Of a stretch of 42,743 bases of DNA, positions 10,079-20,148 are shown in pieces (position 1 is the stretch's first letter; each line of letters opens with the position of its first letter). The position numbers and the translations under genes were made by a program. The notes beneath the pieces are model-generated. The model made no database searches. It was not told where the DNA came from and worked only from the letters and a program-made list of their open reading frames with translations. This DNA is from Escherichia phage vB_EcoM-606R2, in the sequence record ON470579.1; one strand, given 5' to 3'.

Positions 10079-10410
10079 TTGCTGCTCACTTTTTTACACG
10101 GGAAAGATCCAATGATTTTCGGCGCGTCCATGCTGTTCTGCAGCAGCTGGACGTTCAGGAAAGCTTTTCCGTTACGTTTCACAAACTCAAAGCCGTAATT
10201 GTTACCATCACGGGAAGGCATCAGGCCCATGTCCATTTTCATGTTTGAATAGTCACCATCTTTTCCCAGAAATTTTATCTTCTGTGATGTGACAGTTTCA
10301 CCGTTAATAACAGTCATTCCGTCACCGGTCATCGTGTAGTTGCCGCACTGAATTGCAGCCATCGCCGGAGCAGTAACCATCATAACTAACGCCAAACATA
10401 ACCGTTTCAT
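10075..10410 (-). CDS. secreted/periplasmic hypothetical protein
   Basis: 111-aa ORF with a typical N-terminal signal peptide (MKRLCLALVMMVTAPAMA). Its stop overlaps the start of the HEPN-like ORF. Confidence 0.55.
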   Translation of the reverse strand: MKRLCLALVMMVTAPAMAAIQCGNYTMTGDGMTVINGETVTSQKIKFLGKDGDYSNMKMDMGLMPSRDGNNYGFEFVKRNGKAFLNVQLLQNSMDAPKIIGSFPCKKVSSK

Positions 10411-10829
10411 TAAAGCCCTCTTTCCCTCGCTGATGAGGAAACAAGATCCGCCGCGCCACGCGCTTCACACATCATATCCATGTACCACGCCTGGCCCCTT
10501 GTGTCGCCAGTGTACATAATCCCGCGCACAATATAAACGCCATCCGTTGCGATGCTGGCAGGCTGCGATGTGGTGCCGCTGAGCGTGATATTTCCGTCCG
10601 TGTTCTGGTCGGTGATCTGACCACCAGCCATCGCAATATCGTTGTTCGACAACGCGGTACGATAGACGGAAGCCTGATCCAGCTGAATGAGCCCGTTAAC
10701 CCGGATGTTCGGATTAATAAGCGCGCGGACGTTTACGCCGTTACCGATAGTCTGCTGCGGCATTCCAATAAGCCCGGTAGCGCTGTTGAGCACAATCGCT
10801 TCGTGAACATATTCGTTATTCACCACCAT
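10410..10829 (-). CDS. tail/baseplate protein
   Basis: 139-aa ORF within the tail operon; call rests on position only. Confidence 0.45.
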   Translation of the reverse strand: MVVNNEYVHEAIVLNSATGLIGMPQQTIGNGVNVRALINPNIRVNGLIQLDQASVYRTALSNNDIAMAGGQITDQNTDGNITLSGTTSQPASIATDGVYIVRGIMYTGDTRGQAWYMDMMCEARGAADLVSSSARERGL

Positions 10830-10835
10830 CTGGCG

Positions 10836-11474
10836 CTAACCGTCCACGAATTGCCATGTTGCGCCACATTGTCCGGCTACGTTATCCATTAGATGCCGCG
10901 TCATGCCAAAGAGTACCCGCCCCCGGGGGAATACAGTAGCAGGCATTTCAGGCGTCAGGCCTTCGGTCGCGCCTTTGGCTTCGAAGTCTTTCATCAGCGC
11001 ACGGTTCACATCAGCGACCGTGTAACCGGCAGCCAGCGTCTGTGAGGTTATACTGGTAGCAAAAGCCAGATCAGTATCTGCTGCCTGAATCAGGACGTAG
11101 GTATCAACCGGACTGTCTTTTCCTGTGACCGAGTAGCGAATTTCACCGCTGAAAATCAGTCCGTAGTTGCGGCCATCTCTCTGGCCCACGTCCGCCGCGT
11201 CAACTTCCCGCACGGTCCCTACGTCGCTTGCTGACACCTCCGGCGCGATACCGTCGTAACCGGCAATCAGACGCACTTTCGAAAACTCCTGCCCGGTAAT
11301 TCGGTTCACAGTATCTGCCGAGAGGTTATAAATTTTGATAGTCCCTACCCGGGACGCGCTGCTGATGTTGAACCAGTCGATCGTAAAGGTGACTTTGAAA
11401 TCACTTAGCTCAATTCCCTGACCGTTCCCGTCCACAAGCTGCAGCTCGAAATGTCTCATCCAGTTCTGTGACAT
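10836..11474 (-). CDS. tail/baseplate protein (hub-like position)
   Basis: 212-aa ORF within the tail operon; call rests on position only. Confidence 0.45.
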   Translation of the reverse strand: MSQNWMRHFELQLVDGNGQGIELSDFKVTFTIDWFNISSASRVGTIKIYNLSADTVNRITGQEFSKVRLIAGYDGIAPEVSASDVGTVREVDAADVGQRDGRNYGLIFSGEIRYSVTGKDSPVDTYVLIQAADTDLAFATSITSQTLAAGYTVADVNRALMKDFEAKGATEGLTPEMPATVFPRGRVLFGMTRHLMDNVAGQCGATWQFVDG

Positions 11475-11476
11475 GC

Positions 11477-11779
11477 TTACTCCGTTGATACCAGTAAATG
11501 GCTGCGACCGCCCAGGTCAGTTTTTGTGGGGTAATCCTGTGTGTTGTCATCACAGACCACCACCAGCTTAAAACCAAGCCCCATACAGGCGTACTGCGCC
11601 AGCAGGTCAGCACCAGTGACGAGAGGAATACCGGAGATTACCGGCTCCCCTCTGTCGTTCTGCAGGTCCATAATCCAGTACAGATCGCGCCATATGATGC
11701 TAATCCGCCAGGTGACACCACCCAGGACGATGCTGAACTGCTGGTTGTCCGCTGTCAGCGGAATTTCCTGAATTGTCAT
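11477..11779 (-). CDS. tail protein
   Basis: 100-aa ORF, translationally coupled to its neighbours. Confidence 0.45.
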   Translation of the reverse strand: MTIQEIPLTADNQQFSIVLGGVTWRISIIWRDLYWIMDLQNDRGEPVISGIPLVTGADLLAQYACMGLGFKLVVVCDDNTQDYPTKTDLGGRSHLLVSTE

Positions 11780-12366
11780 TAGCCGCCCCCCAGTAATGAC
11801 GCCACGTTACCCGTGATGCTTTTCAGCAGTGAAGTATCTGGAGGCTTTGTGGTTTTGTTGCCGCTGTTCTGTACCGCCGACGTGCTGGCCCCTTCCTTCA
11901 TGTTGGTTTTATCCGCGACGGTAATCTGCTGTGTCCGGGAGATAATGACCTCCCTCAGGGTGAGGACGGCGGACAGGACGTTTTCGGTTGTCTTGTCCGT
12001 CGTCACTTCCAGCGCCCGGATCAACATGTTGCTGTACAGCCGTTTACCGGTTACCACATCGAAGGGGATACGGCTTTCCTGCAGACCCAGTAGCTCCTGA
12101 TACGTCTGCTGAGGACTCAGGCCGAGCAGGCTGGTAGCCGTCAGGTTACTGGCAAAATCCAGCAATGCGCCGCCACCGGCGAAACCAACCTCCATCACCA
12201 CTTCTGACGGTTTTTTATAGGCATGATCAGCGACAGCGGCCCCGACCTCTACCGGATGCTCTGTTATTTCAAGCATATCTGTATGCTTCTCTGAAATAAC
12301 AACACTGGGAACAATCATTCCTATTTTTCTGCTCTGCTGATGAAAAAGTGTAGAGAGAATATCCAC
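11779..12366 (-). CDS. tail protein downstream of tape measure
   Basis: 195-aa ORF; start/stop overlap with the tape measure gene. Confidence 0.45.
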   Translation of the reverse strand: MDILSTLFHQQSRKIGMIVPSVVISEKHTDMLEITEHPVEVGAAVADHAYKKPSEVVMEVGFAGGGALLDFASNLTATSLLGLSPQQTYQELLGLQESRIPFDVVTGKRLYSNMLIRALEVTTDKTTENVLSAVLTLREVIISRTQQITVADKTNMKEGASTSAVQNSGNKTTKPPDTSLLKSITGNVASLLGGG

Positions 12367-14351
12367 TAACCCACCCTCACCTGATTACTTCGCATGACCT
12401 GAGCATTTGCAGACTGTTGCCGACGTGCAACCTCATTACCGACAGCGTGCGGATCTCCGCCACCGTAAATGTGGTAGGTATTTTGCTGGTTAACCTCTGT
12501 CACTTTGCCACTAATTCCCGCCACGGCAGCCTTATTAATCAGCTCTCGAGAATAGATATTTCTTCCATTCTCATGCTGGATAATGCTGCTCATCAATGCT
12601 GACATGGTTTGCGGATCGCTCATATTCAGGGCAGCCCGGGGATCCACTCCCAGTCGTTGCGATACAGCCCTGATATACGCTGTTGTGTTGTTATTATCAG
12701 ACGCAGGTGCCCAGGTAGAGATAATTTTCTCCACACTGTTTATTCCCCGTCCGGCGTACAGCATTAACTGACGAGCAAGAGCCCGTAATCCATCAAAGGC
12801 AGTTTCAAATCTGGCAAATCGCCCGCCCGGGCGTTCAAGAGAAGCCCCTGCCTGACCAGCAAAATTAAGGTTTCCCGGATTGTTATTCCGTTCTCCTCGT
12901 TTCGTAGCCTGTGCATATTGTTCCGGCTCAGCACCTGGAATATCTGACTGAATATTTGCGCCTTTTACGGTATGAGGATTACGACCAAAATCGGTATCAA
13001 TGCCAAGCCAGCGCAATGAATCTCCAATATTTTGTTTCGTGTAATCCCAGGATGACTTCGCACTGGCACCAATATTTTCGCGATCAGAGTACAAATACGC
13101 AGCATAAGCCATCCAGCCTTTTAACCACGGCGGGACCGGCAAACCTGATATTTTCCCGAAAGCCCCCAGAACCCTGGATACCCAGACACCCGCGATGAAT
13201 GTACCAAGGATTTCCAGTGCATTTTGCCAGCCGCCAACACCATCTTTTAGTTCCAGAAGGTGATCACGAAGCCAGGTGATCGCATCCTTCGCTTTATCTA
13301 TTGCCGGTTGCCATTTTTCCCAGTCGATAAGACTGTTACCGCCTTCTTTCCATGTTTTGTAGTCTTCCCACAAGAGACCGAGAGCCACGATCAGACCGGT
13401 AATCAGCCCTATAGGTGACATCCAGAAAGTAGAGTTAAGTATCCGCATGGCGACAACCAGACCGCCGATAACCTCTATCAGGGTTTTCGTTTCGGCATCC
13501 AGTTTCCCCCACCACTCGATGATATCTCCGACACCATCGACTATCCGAAATGCTACCCGCCCGACTATCTCACCCAGCCAGAGGATCCCCTTTATGACCT
13601 TTGTGATGGTGACTTCAATTTTGGGAAAATTTTCAATTATCTTTTTGCGCAGGTTATCAATCTGCCCCGCCAGTCCGTCCGCAAGATTCGATCCGATTTT
13701 GTCCCGCGCCATCCTGGCCATTTCACCGAGCGATTTCAGCGAGGTCATAAACCGGTTTGACGATAAGGCAGCCTGATCGGCATTAAATCCGATCGCTTTC
13801 ACCATTTCTGAATACTGAGCGCTGAACTGCCCCACTCCGCGACGCATAGCCATCAGGGTATTTTCGTCAATGCCCAGCATCTGCGCATACTGGTTAGCCC
13901 GGTAATACGGCATGCTGCTGAGTTTCTGTCCAACGCCCGTAAAGATAGCAGCCATGTCACGCATGTTACCGCTGGCATCACGGGTCTGTACGCCCAGGCG
14001 ATTCAGAAAGCCTTCTGCTCCGGGATTGTTACGAATAAACCGGGAGAGGCTTTCCAGAGAAGATCGCGCAGCGTCCACACTGCCGCCAACCTGCGAAACC
14101 GCATAGCCAATAGACTGAATTCCCTGGACCGTCGCGCCGGTGCGCTGTGACGCCCAGTAAAGATTATCCAGGCCGGAGGCGATCTTAGCCGTGAAGGCCA
14201 CCACGGACAGCGCAGCCCCTTCAACAGCCAGCCCCATTTTGATGACATTTGCAGTTGTACCGGCGAGGACAGAACCGAACTTTTTCGCTCCTGCATCATC
14301 CACACGGAAGCCAAGCGAGACGAGGAAATCTTTAATAGTTTCAGCGTTCAT
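12366..14351 (-). CDS. tail tape measure protein
   Basis: The largest tail ORF (track start is a TTG at 14372; likely start is the ATG at 14351 after GGAGAGAGG). The protein is helical and Ala/Gly-rich with central hydrophobic segments, and lies directly after the chaperone frameshift pair. Confidence 0.75.
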   Translation of the reverse strand: MNAETIKDFLVSLGFRVDDAGAKKFGSVLAGTTANVIKMGLAVEGAALSVVAFTAKIASGLDNLYWASQRTGATVQGIQSIGYAVSQVGGSVDAARSSLESLSRFIRNNPGAEGFLNRLGVQTRDASGNMRDMAAIFTGVGQKLSSMPYYRANQYAQMLGIDENTLMAMRRGVGQFSAQYSEMVKAIGFNADQAALSSNRFMTSLKSLGEMARMARDKIGSNLADGLAGQIDNLRKKIIENFPKIEVTITKVIKGILWLGEIVGRVAFRIVDGVGDIIEWWGKLDAETKTLIEVIGGLVVAMRILNSTFWMSPIGLITGLIVALGLLWEDYKTWKEGGNSLIDWEKWQPAIDKAKDAITWLRDHLLELKDGVGGWQNALEILGTFIAGVWVSRVLGAFGKISGLPVPPWLKGWMAYAAYLYSDRENIGASAKSSWDYTKQNIGDSLRWLGIDTDFGRNPHTVKGANIQSDIPGAEPEQYAQATKRGERNNNPGNLNFAGQAGASLERPGGRFARFETAFDGLRALARQLMLYAGRGINSVEKIISTWAPASDNNNTTAYIRAVSQRLGVDPRAALNMSDPQTMSALMSSIIQHENGRNIYSRELINKAAVAGISGKVTEVNQQNTYHIYGGGDPHAVGNEVARRQQSANAQVMRSNQVRVG

Positions 14352-14528
14352 TATCCTCTCTCCATTTCTCAATGCGTCGCTGGTTATCCGCTTTTACCGC
14401 CAGATGGTCATTCAAGAGAGCAATGTCATACAAATCGACAGAGCCATCTTTAAGTGCTGTATAAGGAATTAACCCGGCGTCAACCGGATTGAGAAGGTAG
14501 GACAGCCCGTCCGGCAGGCTGTTAAACG

Positions 14529-14981
14529 TCAGCCCTGTTGCAGGCTCTGCGTCGTGCTGGTAAGGGGTGTAGGCAAAAAATTTCCCAGCGAATCGGCGAC
14601 CACCCGCGCCACCAGCTGCAGCATGACCAGCAAGTCAATATCATCAAACATCAGTTCGCCCTGGGTAAATACCGGCACCCATCCGTCCATATGACGCCGC
14701 GATACCACCGCAAGACAGGGATGAATAATCGCATCGGTGTCATCTTCGGTCAGGGAAGACAGTTCCTCAGCGATACGCGGGAGCATGGTTTCAAACACCG
14801 GTTTTAACTGTTCGAATTTCACGGTGTCGATTTTGCCGTCAGCAGGCAAACGGGAGCGAATACTCCCGAAATCTGACATCATTCCTGCCAGCACCGGCAG
14901 AAGTTTGCGGGTCACTTTCAGCTGGTCAAAAACGCTGAGTTTTGCCGTGCGATATTTCACGCCTTTAATTTCGAATTCCAT
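14529..14981 (-). CDS. tail assembly chaperone (G-like), upstream partner of a -1 frameshift
   Basis: 150-aa ORF between the tail tube and tape measure genes. The slippery heptamer GGGAAAT lies 15 codons before its stop, and the -1 frame stays open to 14341. Confidence 0.6.
   Translation of the reverse strand: MEFEIKGVKYRTAKLSVFDQLKVTRKLLPVLAGMMSDFGSIRSRLPADGKIDTVKFEQLKPVFETMLPRIAEELSSLTEDDTDAIIHPCLAVVSRRHMDGWVPVFTQGELMFDDIDLLVMLQLVARVVADSLGNFLPTPLTSTTQSLQQG
14580..14586 (-). other. programmed -1 ribosomal frameshift site (slippery heptamer G GGA AAT)
   Basis: Canonical X XXY YYZ heptamer in the zero frame of the chaperone gene. The -1 frame downstream is open for about 80 codons and ends at a TGA overlapping the tape measure start. 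Confidence 0.6.
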
Positions 14982-14984
14982 GCA

Positions 14985-15425
14985 TTAAAACTCCCCGAGA
15001 ACCTGGTCAATCTTGCCGCAGTCAAACACCCACGGCATCGTATTACCGGTTTTAGCGTTGGCGTTATCCGGTTGTTTCTGGAACGCAACACTGCGTGCCG
15101 TGATGATGTCGCCGCTGACCTTGTTGCGGATAACGATAACGTTATTCCCCCATGTGGCAGAAGACTGGCTCTGTGCGTTATACGCCAGCGACAATTTTTT
15201 ATTTGTCGGTGATGTCTTCAGAAGGTTAACGGTAATCGTCCCGCTTTTATCTGCATGGAGGCTGTGCATCACTTCACCATCAGCACCGATGGTCATGGTG
15301 TTTTTAGGACCGCCCATCGCAACCACAATCCCCTCTTCAGAACTTGCCGAACCGTACCCGAGGTCAATCGAACCGGTCGGCCCGGTCAGCGTCGCAGTGA
15401 CATCCATAAAAGAATAGGTAGACAT
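14985..15425 (-). CDS. tail tube protein
   Basis: 146-aa ORF immediately downstream of the sheath gene. Confidence 0.6.
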   Translation of the reverse strand: MSTYSFMDVTATLTGPTGSIDLGYGSASSEEGIVVAMGGPKNTMTIGADGEVMHSLHADKSGTITVNLLKTSPTNKKLSLAYNAQSQSSATWGNNVIVIRNKVSGDIITARSVAFQKQPDNANAKTGNTMPWVFDCGKIDQVLGEF

Positions 15426-15435
15426 TCACTTCCCC

Positions 15436-16581
15436 TTAGCGAACAACGTTAATCTGTACGTCAGCGTAATGAACCGCGCCTGCAAGTTTTATTGCAGCCT
15501 GAATCACCGGAGCCTTACGGGCTTCACGTTCTGATTGTGCCTGTTCATCCAGCGGCTGGGCGTATACGTAATAACCTTTGGGCAGCGTGTCACCTGATGA
15601 CAACTGGCCAAGGTCGCCACCGTTCCATACGCCCGGAGCAATCAGTCCATTCTGAACGGCCTGATCCAGTGATTTTTCAACATTTGATAACAGTCGGGTA
15701 ATACCGGCTTCAGTCTGGGGAACCTTCGTGGTGCTGGTATAAAGCAGGTTATAGAGGTTGGTCTGCACATAATTCTGTAACCAGTCCAGGCCGTGGCGTT
15801 CATCAAAGAAATCGCCGTTAGCCATCACTCCCTGCTGGAGGATAGCTGTATCATTCTGGTAGTACACGAACACATTGCAGTTTTTTGCATCAAGTGCCGA
15901 TGCCTGGCTGACTGTCAGTGTTTCATACCCGACACCCGGCTCCTGCTTAAACTTGAGCGTAATCGCGGTATTACTGCCATTGAAATTAACCGTGAATGCC
16001 CGGCCAAATGCAGATAACGCAGCGAATTTATTACCCGATGAATATTGTATAAAACTGCGTGAATATCCGGCGCTTTTCAGTTTTGATGCCAAATCATCTC
16101 TGGATGCAGTCTGCAGGCATTTCTCATCGCTTGTCGTAATCGCCAGAATACGGCTTACAGAAGAGGATTCGATCGCCGCAGCCACTTTCAGCCAGTCTGC
16201 ATCCGGAATATCTGCATCGTCTGCAATCCCCAGCCCATACCATGAAGTATAATCAAGCATGGCATTCACAGCCTGCTCCAGCGTCTCAGGCGTGGCCTGT
16301 TCGCTGTCTCCCTTCGTTTTCACCCAACGACCAACAAAAACCTCCTGAGGTTTCGGTGATTGTGAGAAAAACACCTGCGCAGCTTTATATTCTGGTGATT
16401 CCACGCCAAAATCTTTTCCAATATCTTCCGCGGCAGAATAACGGCGAATGCGCTCACTTACCGGAATGATTGTGGACGGGCCGAGAATGAGTAATGCACC
16501 AAAATTTCGCCCTGATGCTGCACGCGGCGACATGATCACATCAACATTAACAACGTTTGATACAGGCAAGCCCTGTGCCAT
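15436..16581 (-). CDS. tail sheath protein
   Basis: 381-aa ORF upstream of the tube gene; size and position are typical of contractile-tail sheath proteins. Confidence 0.65.
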   Translation of the reverse strand: MAQGLPVSNVVNVDVIMSPRAASGRNFGALLILGPSTIIPVSERIRRYSAAEDIGKDFGVESPEYKAAQVFFSQSPKPQEVFVGRWVKTKGDSEQATPETLEQAVNAMLDYTSWYGLGIADDADIPDADWLKVAAAIESSSVSRILAITTSDEKCLQTASRDDLASKLKSAGYSRSFIQYSSGNKFAALSAFGRAFTVNFNGSNTAITLKFKQEPGVGYETLTVSQASALDAKNCNVFVYYQNDTAILQQGVMANGDFFDERHGLDWLQNYVQTNLYNLLYTSTTKVPQTEAGITRLLSNVEKSLDQAVQNGLIAPGVWNGGDLGQLSSGDTLPKGYYVYAQPLDEQAQSEREARKAPVIQAAIKLAGAVHYADVQINVVR

Positions 16582-16584
16582 AGC

Positions 16585-17151
16585 TTAATCTCCGAAAAAG
16601 ATGACTGGTGCTTCCACCAGCGATTTAATACCGTACTCGCGCACAACCTTCCGGCGCAGGCGCACCGTCATATCGTAGCGGCGGACCCATTGCTGATTAA
16701 TAAGTTCAGGGAAGGGAGTCAGACCTGTGTAATCGCCAAGAGACAGCCCCAGCGCATTCAGTGCTGCATTGTTCTGCGGCACAGATATACCGTCACGAAA
16801 CCGGGACGCATACACCATCCCCGCCGGTCCATAAAACGAAGCCATACACTCAATCGTTTCATGCCGCCAGAGCTGAGAGCCATCATCGGTCTGTCTGGTG
16901 AATGCCGGACTGTCATCACCTGACCATCCGATAACCCCAAACGCACACCAGTTCGTTTCAACCGGTAGCAGTGGCGGCTGCTCTTTCTGCCAGCGCGGGC
17001 GAACCATCCCGGCAGACAGGCCGGAAACGTTACGCATCCACTGGCTTAACAGCCTGTCGAGCGCTTCGTCATAATCCGGATCGCCACTGGTTGGTATTAA
17101 CCATCCGCGCTCTGTACTGGTGTTATTGCTCAACCGGAGTTCCCCCATCAA
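16585..17151 (-). CDS. virion structural protein (neck / tail completion)
   Basis: 188-aa ORF between the head and tail modules. Confidence 0.45.
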   Translation of the reverse strand: MMGELRLSNNTSTERGWLIPTSGDPDYDEALDRLLSQWMRNVSGLSAGMVRPRWQKEQPPLLPVETNWCAFGVIGWSGDDSPAFTRQTDDGSQLWRHETIECMASFYGPAGMVYASRFRDGISVPQNNAALNALGLSLGDYTGLTPFPELINQQWVRRYDMTVRLRRKVVREYGIKSLVEAPVIFFGD

Positions 17152-17512
17152 ACGGCATCAACTCACAATGCGCCTGAACGAATCCGGCACCATACGCTGT
17201 ATACGGGTCGACGAAAGTCACACGATAATCACGGCCCTGATACGTCACGATATCGGCATCACGGCCAGTCTGTCCCTGTGTCAGTCGCTCAGTCGTCACA
17301 ATCAGAATTGCACCACTGATTACCTGCCCGGCCTGCATACGACGGTTTTCCAGAGAGCGATCAACAGTTACGACTCCGGCAAACTGCTTTTTAACTTCAC
17401 TGTCGCTGCCGATCCCGTCCTCATCCACCGTTTGCACTCGGCGTGTTACCCACAAATTGAAGCCGCAAAAATCGGGGTCAAAAAGCACATCTGTTACATC
17501 AAGAGTCGGCAT
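17123..17512 (-). CDS. virion structural protein (head-tail joining)
   Basis: 129-aa ORF between the head and tail modules. Confidence 0.45.
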   Translation of the reverse strand: MPTLDVTDVLFDPDFCGFNLWVTRRVQTVDEDGIGSDSEVKKQFAGVVTVDRSLENRRMQAGQVISGAILIVTTERLTQGQTGRDADIVTYQGRDYRVTFVDPYTAYGAGFVQAHCELMPFDGGTPVEQ

Positions 17513-18053
17513 CTTTATCCCTCACTACATGGGTAATAGCTCTGCGATATTGCCCGGTGTCAATTAATGGTTTCGCCAGATCGGTTCCGGGAGATTCGCC
17601 AGCAACACGCCGGGCAAGTTCCAGTGTTGCCCCCTTGCGCCCCCGACGAGCCCGGGCTTCAACAGTGCTGTCAGCAAGCGGCGTAAAGCCGGTAATAGTC
17701 ATGTAACGCCTGACGCCATTAGCGGCCAGCGTTCCGGCACGGTTGAGTGCGCGTTCTGCTCCCGCAGCATTACCATCAAGAGCAGCCTGCGCCGCGGTTT
17801 TGAGCTGCGGCACCGTCTGCTCTTCTGCCGATTTAACGCCGGGGACCAGGTGAGGTCGTGGCGGGATGTTCTGCTCTGGTGAGCCGTATTCGTTGAGGTA
17901 ACCGATGCCCGCATTACCAAACGGAACATCATCCCGCCCGCTGTCTTCCGAAGGGATGCCGACCAGCACATCTTTTTTGGTTAACGACCTGAGCGCATCC
18001 AGAATGGCCTTAGCGTTATCCACCCTCGTTGTTACACCGCTTTTGAAACTCAT
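17499..18053 (-). CDS. virion structural protein (head-tail joining)
   Basis: 184-aa ORF between the head and tail modules. Confidence 0.45.
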   Translation of the reverse strand: MSFKSGVTTRVDNAKAILDALRSLTKKDVLVGIPSEDSGRDDVPFGNAGIGYLNEYGSPEQNIPPRPHLVPGVKSAEEQTVPQLKTAAQAALDGNAAGAERALNRAGTLAANGVRRYMTITGFTPLADSTVEARARRGRKGATLELARRVAGESPGTDLAKPLIDTGQYRRAITHVVRDKDADS

Positions 18054-18457
18054 AGCTGGCGACCGCCTGCACCGAACATCGTGATCAACTGATAAAATTC
18101 AGCGCCATATCGGGTGTTATTCCAGAAACCTGCATCAGGATTCAGCGTCGCGCTGGTGTCATAGCTGACGCTTACCTTGTCAACGGACTTTGAGGACTGA
18201 ACACCATTGGTTGAACCGCCCGGCCCGCCAGCCAGCATCGCCCGGCTGTCTGCCGCCCAGAGCGTCATGTAGTGTGCAACGAACAATCCGGCAAAATACG
18301 GAAACAACTTTTTGCCGGTGACGTTTTCGCTCAGCAGTTCATCGGCCAGATTCAGACGAAACTGGATTTGCGCTTCGGGATATTTGGCAGGGTCAGCAAA
18401 CTGCGGGAAGTCGCGGCGAAAATCACTTACCGCTGGCAGATTTTGATTCTTTGGCAT
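18050..18457 (-). CDS. head-tail connector / head completion protein
   Basis: 135-aa ORF downstream of the capsid gene. Confidence 0.45.
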   Translation of the reverse strand: MPKNQNLPAVSDFRRDFPQFADPAKYPEAQIQFRLNLADELLSENVTGKKLFPYFAGLFVAHYMTLWAADSRAMLAGGPGGSTNGVQSSKSVDKVSVSYDTSATLNPDAGFWNNTRYGAEFYQLITMFGAGGRQL

Positions 18458-18644
18458 TTTTTACCTCGTTACGCGCGTCTGTGGCTTTGCCAACGGATAC
18501 TTCCGCGTGCGCACGAGTGAACCAGTGCGTGGCAACGTCTTCCTCCACAGCATGACGGCCTTTAACAAACTCGCGCCGTGAACCGTCGGGAAGCGTGAGC
18601 ACAAACGGGGTATGTACGTGTATTACTGCATTATTTTTTGCCAT
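18423..18644 (-). CDS. small phage structural-module protein
   Basis: 73-aa ORF between the capsid and connector genes. Confidence 0.35.
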   Translation of the reverse strand: MAKNNAVIHVHTPFVLTLPDGSRREFVKGRHAVEEDVATHWFTRAHAEVSVGKATDARNEVKNAKESKSASGK

Positions 18645-18685
18645 CGGGTCATCCTTAATGGCCCCGCCAGGGGGCCATGTGGCTG

Positions 18686-19627
18686 TTAAATGCCATCAAC
18701 GTACGAAATGGTTTCTTTGTACACTGGCTCAACCGCACCCAGCTTGCCGTAGTAAGTGACGATCTGATACAGACCGCGATACTGCACCGGCACGCTCTGA
18801 AGCGGAACCAGCGGGTAGCGAACGTATTTTTTATCGTTGGTGTACGCAACCATGCGATCCTTTTTCCTCACACCACGGCCTTTCAGCCATTTAACCGCGC
18901 GGATATTCAGCGGAACACCGTTCTGGTGATAGCTGATGGTGTTGGTCTGAAGATACGTCAACAGGGACTGGTTACCCGCAGATGAAACGATGATGCTGGA
19001 CAACAGAGCAAACTGCTCAGGCGGGATCAGCAAATCACGCGGAACCACAGAGTAACCGGAAGCGGCCCACGCATCAGACAGCACCTGGTTAATGCTTGCG
19101 CGGATTTCGTCCGGTGTTGAGGTTGCCCACGTTTTGGCAGCGTTGTTGACAGGCACGCCGTCCAGGGTAACAAGGCCTTTCAGGTTTAATGCGGAATCGC
19201 CAACATATACCTGTTCATCGTTATCCATCTGCCATTTCAGTTGCATACCGTCATACTTCTGCGTATCAATCGGGCGGCCGACCTGCTGAGCAGCCTGCAA
19301 TTCTATGACCGTCCAGCCAAGTTCCATCCCCCACAGGTTCAGCGGGTTACCGGATTTGCCGATATCCACGTTCACGCCAGCAATAGCGGTTGAGTCTTTG
19401 CCTACCCAGTTTTTGCCATTCGGATTTGCACCAGTACCCGCAGCGGCGAAGCTGGTATTCGTCCAGCTGGAAATGTCATCTGCGATAGAGACATCTTCAC
19501 GCAACTGAATATCGCGGGTCCAGGTGTACCCCACCAGTGGCAGGTTCAGCGTCTGGTCGAGTCGCTCCAGCTCCCCGATGAGAAAGGCACCAGAGCTGTC
19601 AACGGTTGCCTGATCAAAAGTAATCAT
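18686..19627 (-). CDS. major capsid protein
   Basis: 313-aa ORF downstream of the protease/scaffold and decoration-like genes. Confidence 0.6.
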   Translation of the reverse strand: MITFDQATVDSSGAFLIGELERLDQTLNLPLVGYTWTRDIQLREDVSIADDISSWTNTSFAAAGTGANPNGKNWVGKDSTAIAGVNVDIGKSGNPLNLWGMELGWTVIELQAAQQVGRPIDTQKYDGMQLKWQMDNDEQVYVGDSALNLKGLVTLDGVPVNNAAKTWATSTPDEIRASINQVLSDAWAASGYSVVPRDLLIPPEQFALLSSIIVSSAGNQSLLTYLQTNTISYHQNGVPLNIRAVKWLKGRGVRKKDRMVAYTNDKKYVRYPLVPLQSVPVQYRGLYQIVTYYGKLGAVEPVYKETISYVDGI

Positions 19628-19638
19628 TCGTCTGTTCC

Positions 19639-20145
19639 TTAAATCTTCCAGGAAATTTCTGCATTGCCGTCAGCATCACCGGCACCTGTGAATTCAGCGT
19701 TGGTCAGCACCACATTTTTGCCACTGACTGACGTGGACATGAATCCCCCCAGCGGCACTTTGATGGATTCATCAGTGGAGACGACAACGTATACCGGGTC
19801 GCCTTTTTTGATGGTGCTGGCATCAAAATCAGAACCGAGATTAACAGTCACGTAGCCACGCTTCATGGCGTCGCCCGGGAAGTTCTTGCCTGTTCCCACC
19901 TGGCGAACCATGTCCGGCTGCGACGTGGTCGGATAAGGGCGCACGTAGATCCCCTTTACCTTGTCTGCGGTATCACCATCTGCCAGCGGCACGAAAAAAC
20001 CGTCATCATCGTATTTACCAGCCAGGCCATAGGCAGCGAAGGCGTTATCGGATTTAAGGACCACCGGTTCGACGGTTAAGTCCTGCGGGCGAGAGACAGC
20101 CCCGGCAATGCCAACAGGCATCCGGTACAGAAATACATTATTCAT
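19639..20145 (-). CDS. head structural protein (decoration/scaffold-like)
   Basis: 168-aa ORF immediately upstream of the capsid gene. Confidence 0.45.
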   Translation of the reverse strand: MNNVFLYRMPVGIAGAVSRPQDLTVEPVVLKSDNAFAAYGLAGKYDDDGFFVPLADGDTADKVKGIYVRPYPTTSQPDMVRQVGTGKNFPGDAMKRGYVTVNLGSDFDASTIKKGDPVYVVVSTDESIKVPLGGFMSTSVSGKNVVLTNAEFTGAGDADGNAEISWKI

Positions 20146-20148
20146 TTT

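Noticed and set aside
13600-14000. Possible peptidoglycan-hydrolase-like domain in the tape measure C-terminal region (NNPGNL...FxxFxxxxxGxRA)
   Set aside because: The motif is recalled only vaguely and no catalytic residues could be assigned; not reported as a feature.
12417-14472. Multiple plus-strand ORFs opposite the tape measure gene
   Set aside because: Shadow ORFs inside a 2-kb gene on the other strand; none has a start context or motif.
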